A stretch of 53,745 nucleotides of DNA, the filler included, from Diploschistes diacapsis (Eukaryota): NCBI GenBank assembly GCA_023645945.1. It is 4 parts of 4 records of this genome, joined end to end, with 100 filler letters (N's around TTAATTAATTAA, not from the genome) between each part and the next. Parts side by side here need not be neighbours in the genome. Positions count along the whole stretch, not along the records: positions 1 to 13,384 come from JALAIB010000665.1; 3 more parts are not named here. One strand, written 5' to 3'. The position numbers and the translations under genes were made by a program. The notes beneath the pieces were generated by a model that did no database searches, had not been told where the DNA came from, and saw only the letters and a program-made list of their open reading frames with translations. Below are positions 1-12,951 of this stretch, one piece after another; within the stretch, counting starts at the first letter, position 1, and every line of letters begins with the position of its first letter.

Positions 1-819
1 GGCTTGGTGGAGGCATCGTGGTGGTGCGCGGGGGATGCTTTGTGTGGTGGTGCAGGTGGTTGAGGAAGGAAGTGGAAAGGTAGTTGGGATAATTTTTGGG
101 TAAAGAAAAGTTCGTAAAGCAGGGAGAGGAAGCTTTTCCTCGGACTTTGGAACGGGGTTAAGGTTGCAGCCACCATAGCCGCAGGTGGCGTAAGCGCGAT
201 ATCACAACTGTAGGCAACGGTCTGCACGCTCGGGACTTCTACATCCAAGAATGAATGGAAAAAACTCTCGCGACAGGCAATCGAGGTAATCTAACGCCAA
301 AATCTAGAACCTTATATTACAAAATGTGTATCGTTCAGACTGTTCGTGGAGAGAAAGGTAGGTAAGCATCGATTTCAGCTTGGTCTTGGCGTTTTTCCAT
401 CATGCATACCCCCCCAGACGATATCGAAAATAAGAGCTCGGAAGATGCTTCAGACCGATCAAAAAGAGACATAAAGTCTTGGAAGAGAGTTTCAAATATC
501 TAGGATTTGTTTTATAGTTGATCCAAAGCATCTCTCCAGCTTTTGTGTGGGTACAAAGTGGTTCAAGAGGTACTGGGTGTGCAAACTAATTTTAACATCG
601 CCATGTCGCCCCATGAGCGAATCTGATAGGGACGGGTGCCTGACTTTGCTTGTCTTGATCCTTGAAATCTAATACTGTACGTGCAAGCCGATCCGCTTGT
701 GCTAAGACAAGGTTGGTATGGTACATTTGAAAAAGTGGATGCCTGATCTTGCAACGGAGGCTATAAAGACCTTGAGATTTCCTTAGTTTACGAAGTACAC
801 TATCGTCCTTTCAAAGAGC

Positions 820-2520
820 ATGCAGAATCACGCAATGGACTTCCAACCAAGAGCGTTCGATGTCCTGCGAAGTACCGCAACCGAGCTTTCCTCCAAGCTC
901 TCCGACGGCACGCTTACCAGCGTCGATCTGATCGAGCAATACTTAGCCCAAATAGAGGCCCACAACCACTCGGGCCTTGGTCTACGCGCGATCGCTTCTC
1001 TACCTCCTCGAGCACAGCTCATTCAGACGGCGAGAGAGCTGGATCAGGAAAGGAAAGATGGAAGGGTACGGGGACCATTGCATGGCATCCCTATTATTCT
1101 AAAGGTACGGTGAAACTTGGATGAGACGAGCATAGCCTTGAATCTTCTTCTACAGGATGTCTTCATGACAAAGCCCGAGTTGGGAATGACCACAACATGT
1201 GGAGCAGTCGCACTCGAGGGCGCGAGGCCGAAGAAGAACGCCAACGTTGTCGATCAGGTATACGCTGCCACAAACCATTGCATAGGATTTACCTGATGCT
1301 CGTTGGCAGCTCATCTCTCGAGGCCTCATAATCCTCGGAAAAGCTAGCATGACCGAATTCTGCGGCCTGAGAGCAAACATGATTACCCCGGGATATAGCG
1401 CCGTTAATGGCCAGACGCAGTCGCCCTATATCGAAGGCGGTCTTCAGAAAGACGACTATTTTGTAGGCCATTCCTCGGCCGGGGGCTCGTCGGCTGGCTC
1501 TGCTGTCGGAGTCGCAGCTGGGTTCAGTCCGCTTTCGCTTGGCACGGAGACCGCTGGTTCTGTGGTGCTGCCTGCAAATCGCGCAGGAGTTTACGCGATC
1601 AGACCCACGATTTTGTCGATAGCTATGGATGGAATCTGCAGAATATCAAAAGCCTTCGACGGCATTGGTGCCATGGCCAAGTCGTCTGAGGACTTGATAC
1701 CCTTGCTTGAGGGGATTCTCAGTGAAGAAGCTCGTGCGAGACTACCAAGGGATGGCCTGGGAGCTCTTGGCAAGGAATGGCGTGGGATGTCTGTTGGTTT
1801 CGTCCATCCTCATCAGTGGAAAGTTATTGATTTCCAAAACAAAAAGCACGAGGTTGCTGATGATCAAATCGTGAGGAAAATATGCACCACTGTCGGAGTA
1901 AAACTGATGAGAACTAGGTAGAAGAATTTCTAGCAGCTATGGAGAAAATCAAGGACATGGGTGCTCGTGTTCAGTATCCTATCTCCCTTCCGGAGCGTTC
2001 CGCGATGATATATAAGGGCGAAGGAGGGATTGGATACGTCGGATTCGCACAGTTCAGAGCCAACCTCAAAGAATTTCTTGACGATATGGAAGATGTCCCC
2101 GTTCGATCAATAGACGAGCTTGTCGAGTACAATAAGCAGCATGCTGAGCGTACTATGCCTGAACCACACACCGACCAGGACGACCTTCTAAAGGCCCTCA
2201 ACAACTCGGCTAGTCCTCAAGAAGTCAAGGAAGCGCTGCGCCAGATCAGGCAAGTCGCGGGCGCTGAAGGTCTCGACAAGGCCTTTAAAGACCACAACCT
2301 GGACGTGTTGGTTGCGCCCTCAGACTCTACCATGTGCTCATTCACTACCGCCACTGGATATCCTATTGGCGTAGTTCCTTTAGGGTACTTGGCCAATGGG
2401 CAGCCACAAGGTCTGACTGTGGTATCTAGAGCTTATGAAGAGCACAAGATGGTACATTTCATGCGTGCGTTCGAGGCAACGTTCCCTGGGCGAAAGGTGC
2501 CTCCTTTACTAGATTCGTAG
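820..2520 (+). CDS. Amidase signature family protein (4 exons)
   Basis: ORF segments 820-1113, 1349-1921 and 1939-2520 plus a short exon ~1157-1257, joined by GT-AG introns (~1105-1156, 1258-1309, 1871-1917). Motifs RGPLHGIPIILKD and GGSSAGSAVGVAAGFSPLSLGTETAGS (Ser-cisSer-Lys amidase signature). Confidence 0.92.
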
Positions 2521-2994
2521 TCGATTCCAAGAATGACTACATGAATGTTAAAGCAAAGCGCGAATAGATTTGCCGTAGAAGATGGCAGGCGATAGTAAGA
2601 ATAATTTGCACATTAAACACCTTTTTAAACACTTTATGCCTGGATAAGAGCCTAGGGGATGCTTCAGATTGAGTATAAAATGGATCTGATTACTTAAGTC
2701 CTTTCTAGAACATTCAGAGTTGTTTTTATAATTGATTCGAAACATCTCTCCAGCTCTTGTCATGGGCCTAAAGCGGCAGCTACATTGAGCAGTTCTTCGC
2801 GGATTAAACTTACACCGCCATAAACACATGCGTCATCGGCAGGGGATAAGTCCAATATTATATTTACATGGTTCTGCTGCAAGGGACGATTTTATACAGA
2901 AAATGCTAGAAAATTTGTGCCACCCACAGCTGGGCTTTTGAACCCTTCACTGAAGCGACGATGCATCTTCTTACACGTATTATGCGCTCATAAA

Positions 2995-4701
2995 ATGGCG
3001 TCTCTATCGAGAGCCGGAGTTGGCGCTTGGTGCATCCGGGCCCTTTCTACAAGACAAGCAAGCCGTCTCTCCTCTATCCGGTTTGAGCGATGCTTAACCA
3101 TTTCAAGAACCTTACTGGAACCCCAAGAAAAGGCTGCAAGAAGCAGCGACGACAGCGGCGCATCCCCGACAGCTGCAAAAGCGCTCCAAGAGGCCGACCC
3201 GTCAGACAATAACCTCCTTTCACCGGTGCGTGTTGCTGAAGATCCGAATGGAGTTCTCAACGAACGTCACCCGGCGGCGTCCCTGCTGTCAAACTCTGCG
3301 CTGGTCGTGGAAAGACAGTTGGAGATGATGAATATCATGGTTGGGTTCGAACAAGCAAATAAATATGTTATCATGGATCCACATGGTAACCACGTTGGCT
3401 TCATGGCGGAGCAAGAGCTAGGAATGGGCAGCAGCCTGGCGCGCCAGTTTCTCAGAACCCATAGGAGGTTTACGGCACATGTTTTCGATCGGAATATGAA
3501 GGAAGTGCTTCGGGTGAGTACTCTGCATGGGTTGTTGAGCAACACAGACTGATTTGCCCAGTTCCACCGACCCTTCTCTTATATCTCGTCACGGATCGGG
3601 ATATACGATCCAGTCGAGTCGACTCCAAGCTCTGTAAGCCTTCCCGCATCAACACAGCGGAGCTCGACTAGTGCGCTCTCAACCTATTTGGACCCGCAAG
3701 TAGCGCAGACTTCCTCCTTGAACCTCGCACAAATGCGAAGAATCGGAGAAGCGCAGCAGCAATGGGCGCCGTTGCGCAGGAAATACAATCTCTTCCTTGC
3801 TCGTAATCCCGAGAGTGAGGCCTTGCGAGAGAATCCGCAGAAGCAAGCCATGGATAAAGCCAGCCAGCTACAGCTCATCTCCCAGCCAGACGCTTTCTAT
3901 GAACAATTCGCCTATGTAGACGAACCATTCCTGTCATGGGACTTTTCTCTCATGTCATCTGATTCGCAGTTGATTGGCTCTGTAAGTCGCAATTGGCGAG
4001 GCTTTGGCCGAGAGTTGTTCACGGACACGGGCGCATATGCTTTGCGTATGGACTCTACTGGGCTCGCGGAGGACGTACGGCATTTAGATTCCGGGAATGA
4101 AACTCGAGAAGGAGTCTACGGGCTCGAAGGTGGCATGACGCTAGACCAACGTGCAGTCATGCTAGCAACAGCCGTCACCATAGACTTTGACTATTTCAGT
4201 CGAAATCGCGGCGGCGTCGGCGGGTTCATGCCGCTGTGGCTGGGCGGCACGGGCGGTACAGAAGCAGCGGCCGGTACCGCGGGAGCTGAGGCTGCTACAG
4301 CGAGCGGAGCCGAAGCCTCTGCTGCTGCTCCAAGTGCGATTGTGCGCGGGGCAGGTGCTGATGTCGGTGGCACAGCCGCTGAAGGCGCTGTGACAGGAGC
4401 TGGCGCGATGGCGGGCTATGAGGCCATGCAGCATGCGTATGGCAAGAGAGACGATGGTGCGTCACCAGTAGCTAGCGGACCGGAAGTGGCGGCTCCTTCG
4501 CAAGGGAATCAGATGCAGCAGGGTCATCAGTCGGGAAGTCCCCAGCCACAGGGCCAGGAAGAAGTCTGGGGGGAGGAGTTCGAATGGCCCGGTGAAAACA
4601 GGTCTGACGGAAACAGTAGCAACCCGGACGGTGGAGGCCATGGTGGTGGAGGCGCGGGAGGCGATGGGGGTGGTGATTTTGATGTTGGTGACTGGTTCTA
4701 A
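2995..4701 (+). CDS. AIM25: Mitochondrial phospholipid scramblase family protein (Aim25-like)
   Basis: Presequence-like N-terminus; LVVERQLEMMNIMVGFEQANKY, FLSWDF, GFGRELFTDTG and LDQRAVMLATAVTIDFDYFSR scramblase motifs; one intron ~3514-3560. Confidence 0.88.
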
Positions 4702-5004
4702 TTTCTCGAAAGCATCGGCATGCATTCAACGATTGGACGATTCTCGTTTCTGTTTGGCGTCGGAGAGTCTCGGGAAAATATACCTTGAAAGAGCATGGGA
4801 GATCCTCATTATAATCATAATTTCGGTCCACTCAGTAAAGTCTTTGTATAACTTACAATCGAGAATCATCATAGAGCAATATTTTGTTCCTTGCGTCGGA
4901 CTCTGGTTTCCTCTTTAGCCTGGTAGCCAGTCCTAGCATCCAGTCACTGTACCACTCAACCTCAAGTCTTTCTTTCTACTCCCATGGCTACGTAGCATTA
5001 CTCA

Positions 5005-8000
5005 ATGGCACAGGCTGGTGCCGGGCGCGTTTTGTGTCAGCTCCGCTTGCAGAATACTACTTGTAAATCGATTGTACCCCACTATCTATGCACATCATCC
5101 CACCTTCGAGGTCCAAGAAGCACTGTGATAGCCAAAGTGGAAGTCCGGACTTTTAAACCCCCTTCGATATTCTCCAACTCCAACTCATTTCGGAGCTTTC
5201 ATTGTTCACCTAAGAGTATGGCGCTTACTACTTCTGACAGAGACGTGCTCCCTGATGCGTAGGCCCTTTTCCCCCAAGAAACGTTTGATACATGTAACTA
5301 ATGCCTTATATAGGGCCAAGCCCATCAACTACAACATCTCGCTTTACGACCTCAAGTTTGAAGGCGATTTCGGCTACAATGGCTCGGTCAGAATTGATCT
5401 TAAGGTTTCAAAGCCTATCAAGGAAATCACGCTCAACGCCAATCAATTGACCATCGAGAAAGCGGTAATTGAAAGCAAGGGACAGGAAGGTGAGCCTTCT
5501 CGCCGATGCCGCCAGGTATGACCTTATTATACTTACTATCCTCAGATATCGAAGCTTCAAATATCAACCATGATGCCACAAACCAGCGAGCTACTATGGA
5601 ATTCCCGAGCGAGATCCCTCCCTCGGACGTGGTCCTTGTCGTTGGTTTCACTGGGATAATGAACAACACCATGGCCGGCTTTTATAGGTCAAAGTACAAA
5701 TCCGCAGGAACTCCGCCGGACAATGTCCCTAAAGAAGAGGATTACCATCTAATGTTCAGCACGCAGTTTGAATCCTGCGACGCACGCAGGGCGATCCCTT
5801 GCTTTGACGAGCCGAACTTGAAAGCCAGCTTTGACTTCGAGATAGAGGTACCAACAGGACTGACTGCCATCAGCAACATGCCTGTCAAGAAGACTCGTTC
5901 TGGGTCTTCTGGTCGCACCTTCGTTGAATTCGATAGGACCCCTGTCATGAGCACTTACCTTCTTGCGTTTGCTTTCGGAGACTTTGAGTATGTAGAGGCC
6001 TTCACGGGACGCAAGTATAATGGCAAGAACTTGCCAGTCAGAGTTTACACCACCCGGGGCTTGAAAGAACAGGGTCAATGGGGCTTGGAACACTCGCACA
6101 AGATTGTAGACTATTACTCGGACATTTTCGGAATTGACTATCCCCTTCCTAAAGTTGACGTTCTGGCCGTACACGAGTTCACACAGGGAGCCATGGAGAA
6201 CTGGGGCCTCATCACTTACAGGACGACAGCAATCCTATTCGATGAAAAGAACTCTGACGACAGATATCGAAACAGGATTGCATACGTTGTGGCTCACGAG
6301 TTGGCGCATCAATGGTTCGGAAACCTTGTCACGATGGACTGGTGGAGCGAGCTCTGGCTCAACGAAGGCTTCGCAACCTGGGTTGGAGTAAGTAATCGTC
6401 CTATAAGTCACGATGCCCTCATTGCTTACCCAAACGCCCTCAGTGGCTGGCCACCGACCATCTTCATCCAGAATGGGACGTCTGGTCCCAGTTCGTAAAC
6501 GAAGCCGTGCAAACAGCCTTCAGACTCGACTCGATGCGCGCTTCTCACCCCATCGAAGTCCCCGTCCGTGACGGCATGGAAGTGGAGCAAATCTTTGATG
6601 CAATCAGCTACTTGAAGGGCTCCTCAATGATCCGCATGCTAAGCGACTACCTGGGTGTTGATATCTTCCTGAAAGGCATTTCAGCATACCTGAAGAAGCA
6701 CGCCTACGGCAACGCTACCACCAACGACCTATGGACGGCGCTGAGCGCGGCATCCGGCAAGAACGTCGAATCTTTCATGACCCCGTGGATCAAGAAAATT
6801 GGTTTCCCGGTCCTTACTGTGTCCGAGGAACCCTCGCCGCAAGGCACGGAGATTGGCATCCGTCAGTCCAGATTCTTGATCACTGGGGATGTGAAGCCTG
6901 AGGAGGATGACACTCTCTGGTGGATCCCGCTCGGTCTCAAGAAGAGCGCAAAAGCTCCCAGCATTGATACCTCGGCCCTGACCGACAAATCAGACATCAT
7001 TAGAGACGTTGACGGGGATTTCTACAAGCTGAATACGAATTTGACAGGCTTTTATCGGACGAACTACCCGGCTGAGCGACTAAGCAAACTAGGCGCAGCC
7101 AAGAACGAGCTGTCTATTCAAGACAGAATAGGTCTCGTCGGTGATGCAGCCGCACTTGCAATTGCAGGTGAGGGAAGTTCAGCCGGCCTGCTCTCTTTAT
7201 GCGCGGAGTTCAGAGATGAGGATAACTATCTGTGAGTTAGCCCAAACCCTTTCTCGCACGTACAAAGCACTGACTTTCCCAAAGCGTCTGGGCGCAGGTC
7301 CTCTCCTCCCTCTCCCATGTTCAGTCTGTTTTCTCGTCCAACCAGAAACTCTCCGCCGACCTGGACAAGTTCGTCCTCCACCTAATCACGCCCGCCGTCG
7401 AAAGGGTAGGCTGGGACTTCCCTGCCGGCGAATCCCTCCTCAAAGGCCGTCTCCGAACCCTCTTGATCAGCACCGCGGGCCACGTCGGGCACAAGCCGTA
7501 AGTGCCCCTCCATCCTCTGATCCACTATTCTTCTCCCATTTCCGAATTTCGAGCGCCATATCCCCCCGCCCTCCTGCTTCCTCTAACCAACTAACCCTCC
7601 AACCCAGCACAATCGACGAAGCCCTCAAGCGCTTCCACTCCCACATGTCCAGCAACTCCTCATCAGCAACCAGCACGACCCTCAACCCCTCCCTCCGCGT
7701 GCCCGTCCTCAGGCTCGGCGTCGAGCACGGCGGGCCCTCCGCCCACTCCGCCGTGAAATCCCACTTCCTCGCCTCCACGAGCGGCGAGGTGCGCGAAGCA
7801 TGCCTGTCCGCCCTCGGCCGCACCTCGGACCCGCAGCTCATCAGCGAGACCATGGACTTTGCCTTCTCCGCCTCGGTGCCGACGCAGGACCTGCACGCGG
7901 CGCCGGCGTCGCTGGCGAAGAACGCCAAAGCCCGCGACGAGGCGTGGGCGTGGATCAAGGACAACTGGGCCATGGTCGAGGAGCGGCTGAGCAAGAACGT

Positions 8001-8217
8001 CGTCGTGTTCGATCGGTTCGTGAGGCTGAGCTTGGCCGATTTCGCGGAGAAGCGGACGAAGGAGGACATCGGGGGTTTCTTCGAGGGGAGGGACACGAAG
8101 GCGTATCAGAGGGCGCTGGTGACGGCGCTGGATAGCGTGGAGAGCAACGTGAGGTATCGGGAGAGGGATGAGGGGTTGGTGCAGGAATGGTTGAGTGCGA
8201 ATGGGTACAAGGCGTGA
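5005..8217 (+). CDS. M1 family (Ape2/Aap1-like) zinc aminopeptidase; second in-frame ATG at 5218
   Basis: GAMENWG and HELAHQWFGNLVTMDWWSELWLNE (HEXXH-X18-E) motifs; ERAP1-like C-terminal domain; introns ~5259-5312, 5490-5545, 6388-6443, 7232-7285, 7498-7607. Confidence 0.95.
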
Positions 8218-8699
8218 GGGGGTGGATTTCTGGGTCTGGGGATTCGACGGGCTTCTGGATGGTGTACTGTAGGTCACCCGCGCAGAAAAATGGGATGGCA
8301 AAAGTCAAAGACTTTTCGTAGGGTAAGGACGAGGAGGCAAATGTACTGCAGGCTTGACGATTATATGAGGAAGCCAGTCAGCAGAGCATTGAAGAAGAAG
8401 ATGTGCGCACAACCTGATCATGCACAGCCCGGGATAGTATATCTAGCTTCCAATTGCTGTGCGTATGTTACCTAGCAGCTCTTGCTAGAGGCTTGATATG
8501 ATCCCTGGTCGTCATCGCCACTTCCGCTATGGAACATGCATATAGAAGTGACAAGAGCCATTGCTGGTTCAAGAACTAGCCTGTTTGAGGTGAGGGTGCT
8601 GAACCGAAAGCTCTTTCACTGCATTCTGGACAAGGTATACTATCAGATGCAAACCCCTATGACCAGGGTTCACAACATAAATTCCGGGCCGTTTCCTGC

Positions 8700-10037
8700 T
8701 CAGTCCCTATTCCTAGCTGGAATCCACCTCCTAATGACAAACTCCCTCACTTTGTACCTCTTCAATAATCTTTGCACATCTGCCTCCCCAACCACCTCCC
8801 ACTCTACGGGCGGTGGAACCTCCACGTAACACAGTACCAGCGTTTTCCTAACCTGGCTCTGCACCCGGTTGACCATGTGCAGCCAATGCCATGGCTTCTT
8901 CCCGCATTTGTCCCTGCCCTGCTCCCGCCAATACGGGTGCGAGTAAGCAGGGACGACGTTCACCGCGAATTCCGCGTGCGAGAACGCGGGGCCGCGGAGG
9001 TAGAGGAGCAGGTCGACAGAAAACTTTATACCGGAGCGCACGACCCAGCCCAAAGAGCGAAAGTGATGGTAGGCAGCGTACGAAACTAGGAAGGGGTTTG
9101 AAGGGTCGACAGAAGCGGTGGGATCGACAGGGCTTGGCGGGAAGCTGGAATGGGATAGAAAGAGTGGGAGGATAGATTGCAGTGAGATGGGTTCTTTGGT
9201 TCCAGGGTCGGTAATGGAGAGAACGCCCAGAGCGAAGGTGAGGAAGAAGGCTTCTTCAAGATCGAGCTGGAGATGCTCTTCGTTCTTAAGATCTTCCTCG
9301 ACATCGGCAGTCAAGCTGGAGATCTGTGTTTCACCCTGACCGGCTGTGGTGATAGCCCCTGCTGAGGTTGAAGCTTGTTGATTCCGACTTGTGGTAGTCT
9401 GCAACCTAGCAAGTTCCCCGGACGCGACTGCTTCTATCACATCTTGCGCAGAAATATTGATCGGAGCCTTGGGCACCTCCCCCAACTCCAAGCCGCCGTT
9501 CTGCTCTTGCTGCAAGGTCTTCTGAATTGCTTCTTGCTCCAACCTCGCCCTTTCCATCTTGAACCGCCTCCTCTCCTCCCTTCTTTTGCGAGTCCATTCT
9601 TCGCTGGTGTGCTCAGCAAGTAGTCCTCGCTTCCTTTTCTCTCTATCGAGCCATGACGGCTCACTTCGACTTAGACTTCCCTTGCCGAAGAATCCACCTT
9701 CCCACAAAGCTCGGACAGACGTAGGGTCCGTCACGTGCACGCTCCGAGTTTCGCTGGAAAATAAGCCTTGGTAAATAGGATCCGGAACTGAAGAGGGAGT
9801 CCAGAGAAGCTGACAGAAGTAGACGAAAGCGATGTGCAGCAATGAGAATGGATTGTGAGGAATCAGAGTCGGAAGTGGGTAGACCGTTAAGGGTAGAGGC
9901 TGGGCATGGGTTTGATTGTAGTTGGGCTTCTTAGATTTGAAACTTCTGTTGTCCACATGACTAGAAGACCCTCGGAGCGATCCTACGGCTTGCCCATCAG
10001 CGTCCTGGGGACCCTGCGGCCCTGTATTGTCTGCCAT
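8700..10037 (-). CDS. SEN2: tRNA-splicing endonuclease subunit Sen2
   Basis: Single 445-aa ORF with GFFGKGSLSRSEPSW, EHLQL..EEAFFL and YHHFRSLGWVVRSGIKFSVDLLLYLRGPAFSHAEF catalytic motifs. Confidence 0.95.
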   Translation of the reverse strand: MADNTGPQGPQDADGQAVGSLRGSSSHVDNRSFKSKKPNYNQTHAQPLPLTVYPLPTLIPHNPFSLLHIAFVYFCQLLWTPSSVPDPIYQGLFSSETRSVHVTDPTSVRALWEGGFFGKGSLSRSEPSWLDREKRKRGLLAEHTSEEWTRKRREERRRFKMERARLEQEAIQKTLQQEQNGGLELGEVPKAPINISAQDVIEAVASGELARLQTTTSRNQQASTSAGAITTAGQGETQISSLTADVEEDLKNEEHLQLDLEEAFFLTFALGVLSITDPGTKEPISLQSILPLFLSHSSFPPSPVDPTASVDPSNPFLVSYAAYHHFRSLGWVVRSGIKFSVDLLLYLRGPAFSHAEFAVNVVPAYSHPYWREQGRDKCGKKPWHWLHMVNRVQSQVRKTLVLCYVEVPPPVEWEVVGEADVQRLLKRYKVREFVIRRWIPARNRD

Positions 10038-10538
10038 TGAATGATGGCAGCACGTACGAACATCTTGCCTATTAAGAACTCAGCCAAAAAAAACAGGCTA
10101 ATGATGAGATGGTCAACATGCTAAACATTCTCGAAATTCTTTGCTCAGATACCGTTGTAGTCTTTAAATTATAGAGAGAATGAGCCCATTAAGAACCGCA
10201 ATGCAGTATCTTTAAGCATCAAGTGTGTCATCAAGGCAAAGTGCACAAGGGATGGATTATTGGAGAAGACTTACTTCTAGCTTGCAAATCAATAAGCGAA
10301 TAAAGCTTCAGATCAGGTTTCTCACATCAATCAAGAAGTAGAAGTCTTACTCTTTTGAACGAGTAAGAATTTCGCTTGAAAATATATGGGGGGAAAAATC
10401 CGTAGCTGGTCCGTGCACTTAGGGTAAGTAGACGACTTCTAGTGCTTTACCGGCTTGTGCGCTTCAGTCTAAATCATTCGTCAGGTAAAGATCGAATCCA
10501 GAGTCTCTCAGACCACCAAATTCTGAAGTTAGCATAGG

Positions 10539-10888
10539 ATGCATCTCATGTACACAATAGATGCTGACGGCAAGCGGATCTACACTCTCAAAAAGGTGGT
10601 TGGCAGCGAGGTCACCAAGTCCGCGCACCCTGCCCGCTTTTCCCCAGACGATAAGTACTCGCGGTAAGTCGCTTTTCTCCGTTGACGAGACTCCTGAGTT
10701 CTTGTTGGAGCGCAGTCTCGCCAACTTCCCGCATGATGCTGATTCTTGGGGCACAGGCACAGGGTCACGCTAAAGAAGCGGTATGGACTTCTTATTACAC
10801 AACAGGGTAGGTCCCCTACGCTTCCTGCAAAAGCTTCAACTAATTCTGGCCAGCTAATGAGAAGGTCCTGGGCGTCTCAAAAAGCTGA
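10539..10888 (+). CDS. NOP10: H/ACA snoRNP subunit Nop10 (3 exons; not in ORF track)
   Basis: Hand translation [69 protein letters not shown]; introns 10664-10756 and 10807-10853. Confidence 0.95.
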
Positions 10889-11613
10889 AGAAAGACTATG
10901 TTGATATCGTGGGCAGAGATGCCGAGGATGAGTGGCCCTTGATACGAAGCCTTGATACAAGATGAGGATTAGATGGTCTTCCAATATTCGCCTTGTTCAA
11001 TCTCTTGCATAACGAAGGGTAGGCTAGCACCGCCTCCGTAGATGGAGACCGCAGTCAAAAGGTCTTGCCCAAGGTTGGAATCGTTTACGCAACCTTGGGG
11101 GAAATGAGACTGGATGCTTAAGATACCCTCAGTCGCTATTTTCTGTTGGTAGTGGGCAGTCACAAACTACGCACTAAAGAGTCATCCGCTCCGCTACTCT
11201 TACCTTTTATAAGCTCGATCTGGTTTTCCCGCAATAGCTGTAGCTTCCCGATTTAGCAGCTCTCGTTCCGTTGCCCTAGAATCTACCCTCTGTCACTCTA
11301 CTCTAATGTGAGGCACACCAAGCTTTTAACTTGTCATTCATGGCTGCAGCCGTGCTCCTCTAGTAATGGAATATCTGCTATGCATAATTTTACTGATTAG
11401 ACTCGACATGCTAAGAATGAGGCTCGAGGTTAATGCATATATGGTCTCTCACAAGGTGCTTCCCATCCTTTCCAATATGCCAAGCCGGTTCTCTTGGCAG
11501 ATTCTTTACCTCGGCATCGTGATAATCTCGAAAAGGCGATGAACCTCCCAGCCTTGACTTATCCCTCTCAGCAACAGTATTTCGTACTTACCTAACACGA
11601 AGCTGCTGCAACA

Positions 11614-12951
11614 ATGTCACGACTCTACAAGCAGGCAAAGACACAGATACCAGAGACCATCACAATGCCCCGCAGCTGGCTCAGCACATACGAAGACTTC
11701 GTGTCCGATAATTCCAGCTCGGTCTCTCAGATCGAATCCGCCCTACGCTCCTTAACCTACATCATTCCCGGCCGCTTCAAGGAGTCGGAGCTCGCATCTG
11801 AGTCGCGTCAGTCTTTTCACATCCTCTGCACATTCTGTCTCGCTAACCTCTGCAGTCCACTCCGTCATCCAGCTTCTCTCCCTTTACCACACCTCTCTCC
11901 TCTCCAAAGTCTACTCCCGTCTCCCCTCCTCCATCACGCGTCCTCTCCCAGCCCTGCACACCCGCTACACCAAGTTCTGGACCTCACATTCCTCTCTCTA
12001 CAAACGCTTGGCTCAGCTGCTCCAGACAATCCAGTTCACAGAGCTGTTATGGGAAATGCTCGCCCGCCGCCGCGGCCAGAAGACGCGCTGGCGCGTCGTC
12101 GTCTTTCTCGAATCTCTCAAAGCCCTCTGCAGACTTCTCATGGTGCGCTTGACGAACTCGCGCCCGCTAGTCAACCCGCCCCTGCCCGAGCGCGAGACGG
12201 ATCCCCGCATCGCACTCGAGCACCAAGCTGCCGCAAACGTTGACTCCGGGCCGTGGGACGAGCTAAGCGATGGCACGCCACCTTTCAATAACGCGGACGG
12301 AACTGCACGTCGCGCGGATGTAAACTGGACGATGCCGCGGACGGGGCTCAGTTTGCCGACGCTCCCAGCGACCAGCGATGTCACGGAGTACCTGCTGAAA
12401 AAGGTGCTAACGGCAGACGATATCAAGGCACCTAAACAGCTGCTGCATCGACTGACGACATCGAAAGCGCAAGTCGCAGAGCTGATGTGGGTGCTTAGGC
12501 CGGTGGTATATGCTGTGCTGATGCAGCGGTGGGCAATGAGTGCAAAAGTAGAAGGCAAGGGCCGGAACAGGGTGGCGGCATGGACGCCGTGGGTTGTAGG
12601 GGTTGGTATTGAGGTTGGCGCCAGGCAGCTAGCCAAACGAGATTTCAAAGAGAGATTGGCTGGCGGACTAAGAGGGCTGACAACCTTGGAGAGGGATGAG
12701 CTAAGGAGTCGAGGGTGGGCGATGGGATGGTGGGCTCTGAGGGGAGCATTCTATGAGAATTTCACGAGGTAAGACTACGATTTGGAGCATTTCGTGAGTG
12801 GAGAAAATACTAATAAAAGGGTATTAGATCGTGGATCCACAGTGTCACGGGGAAACTGAAAGGAAGGTTGTTGCTCGATATGGTAGCTACGATTATCGAG
12901 GATTACGACTACCTATGGGACGAGTATTACTTTTCAACGGCGACTATGTGA
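11614..12951 (+). CDS. PEX16: Peroxin Pex16
   Basis: YEDFV..NSSSVSQIESALRSLTYIIPGRF, ELLWEM.ARRRG..RW, WWALRGAFYENFTR and C-terminal IIEDYDYLWDEYYFSTATM*; introns ~11807-11856 and 12769-12827. Confidence 0.92.

Noticed and set aside
1..16. Possible gene start on the minus strand (ATG CCT CCA CCA AGC)
   Set aside because: Only five codons before the contig edge; cannot be identified.
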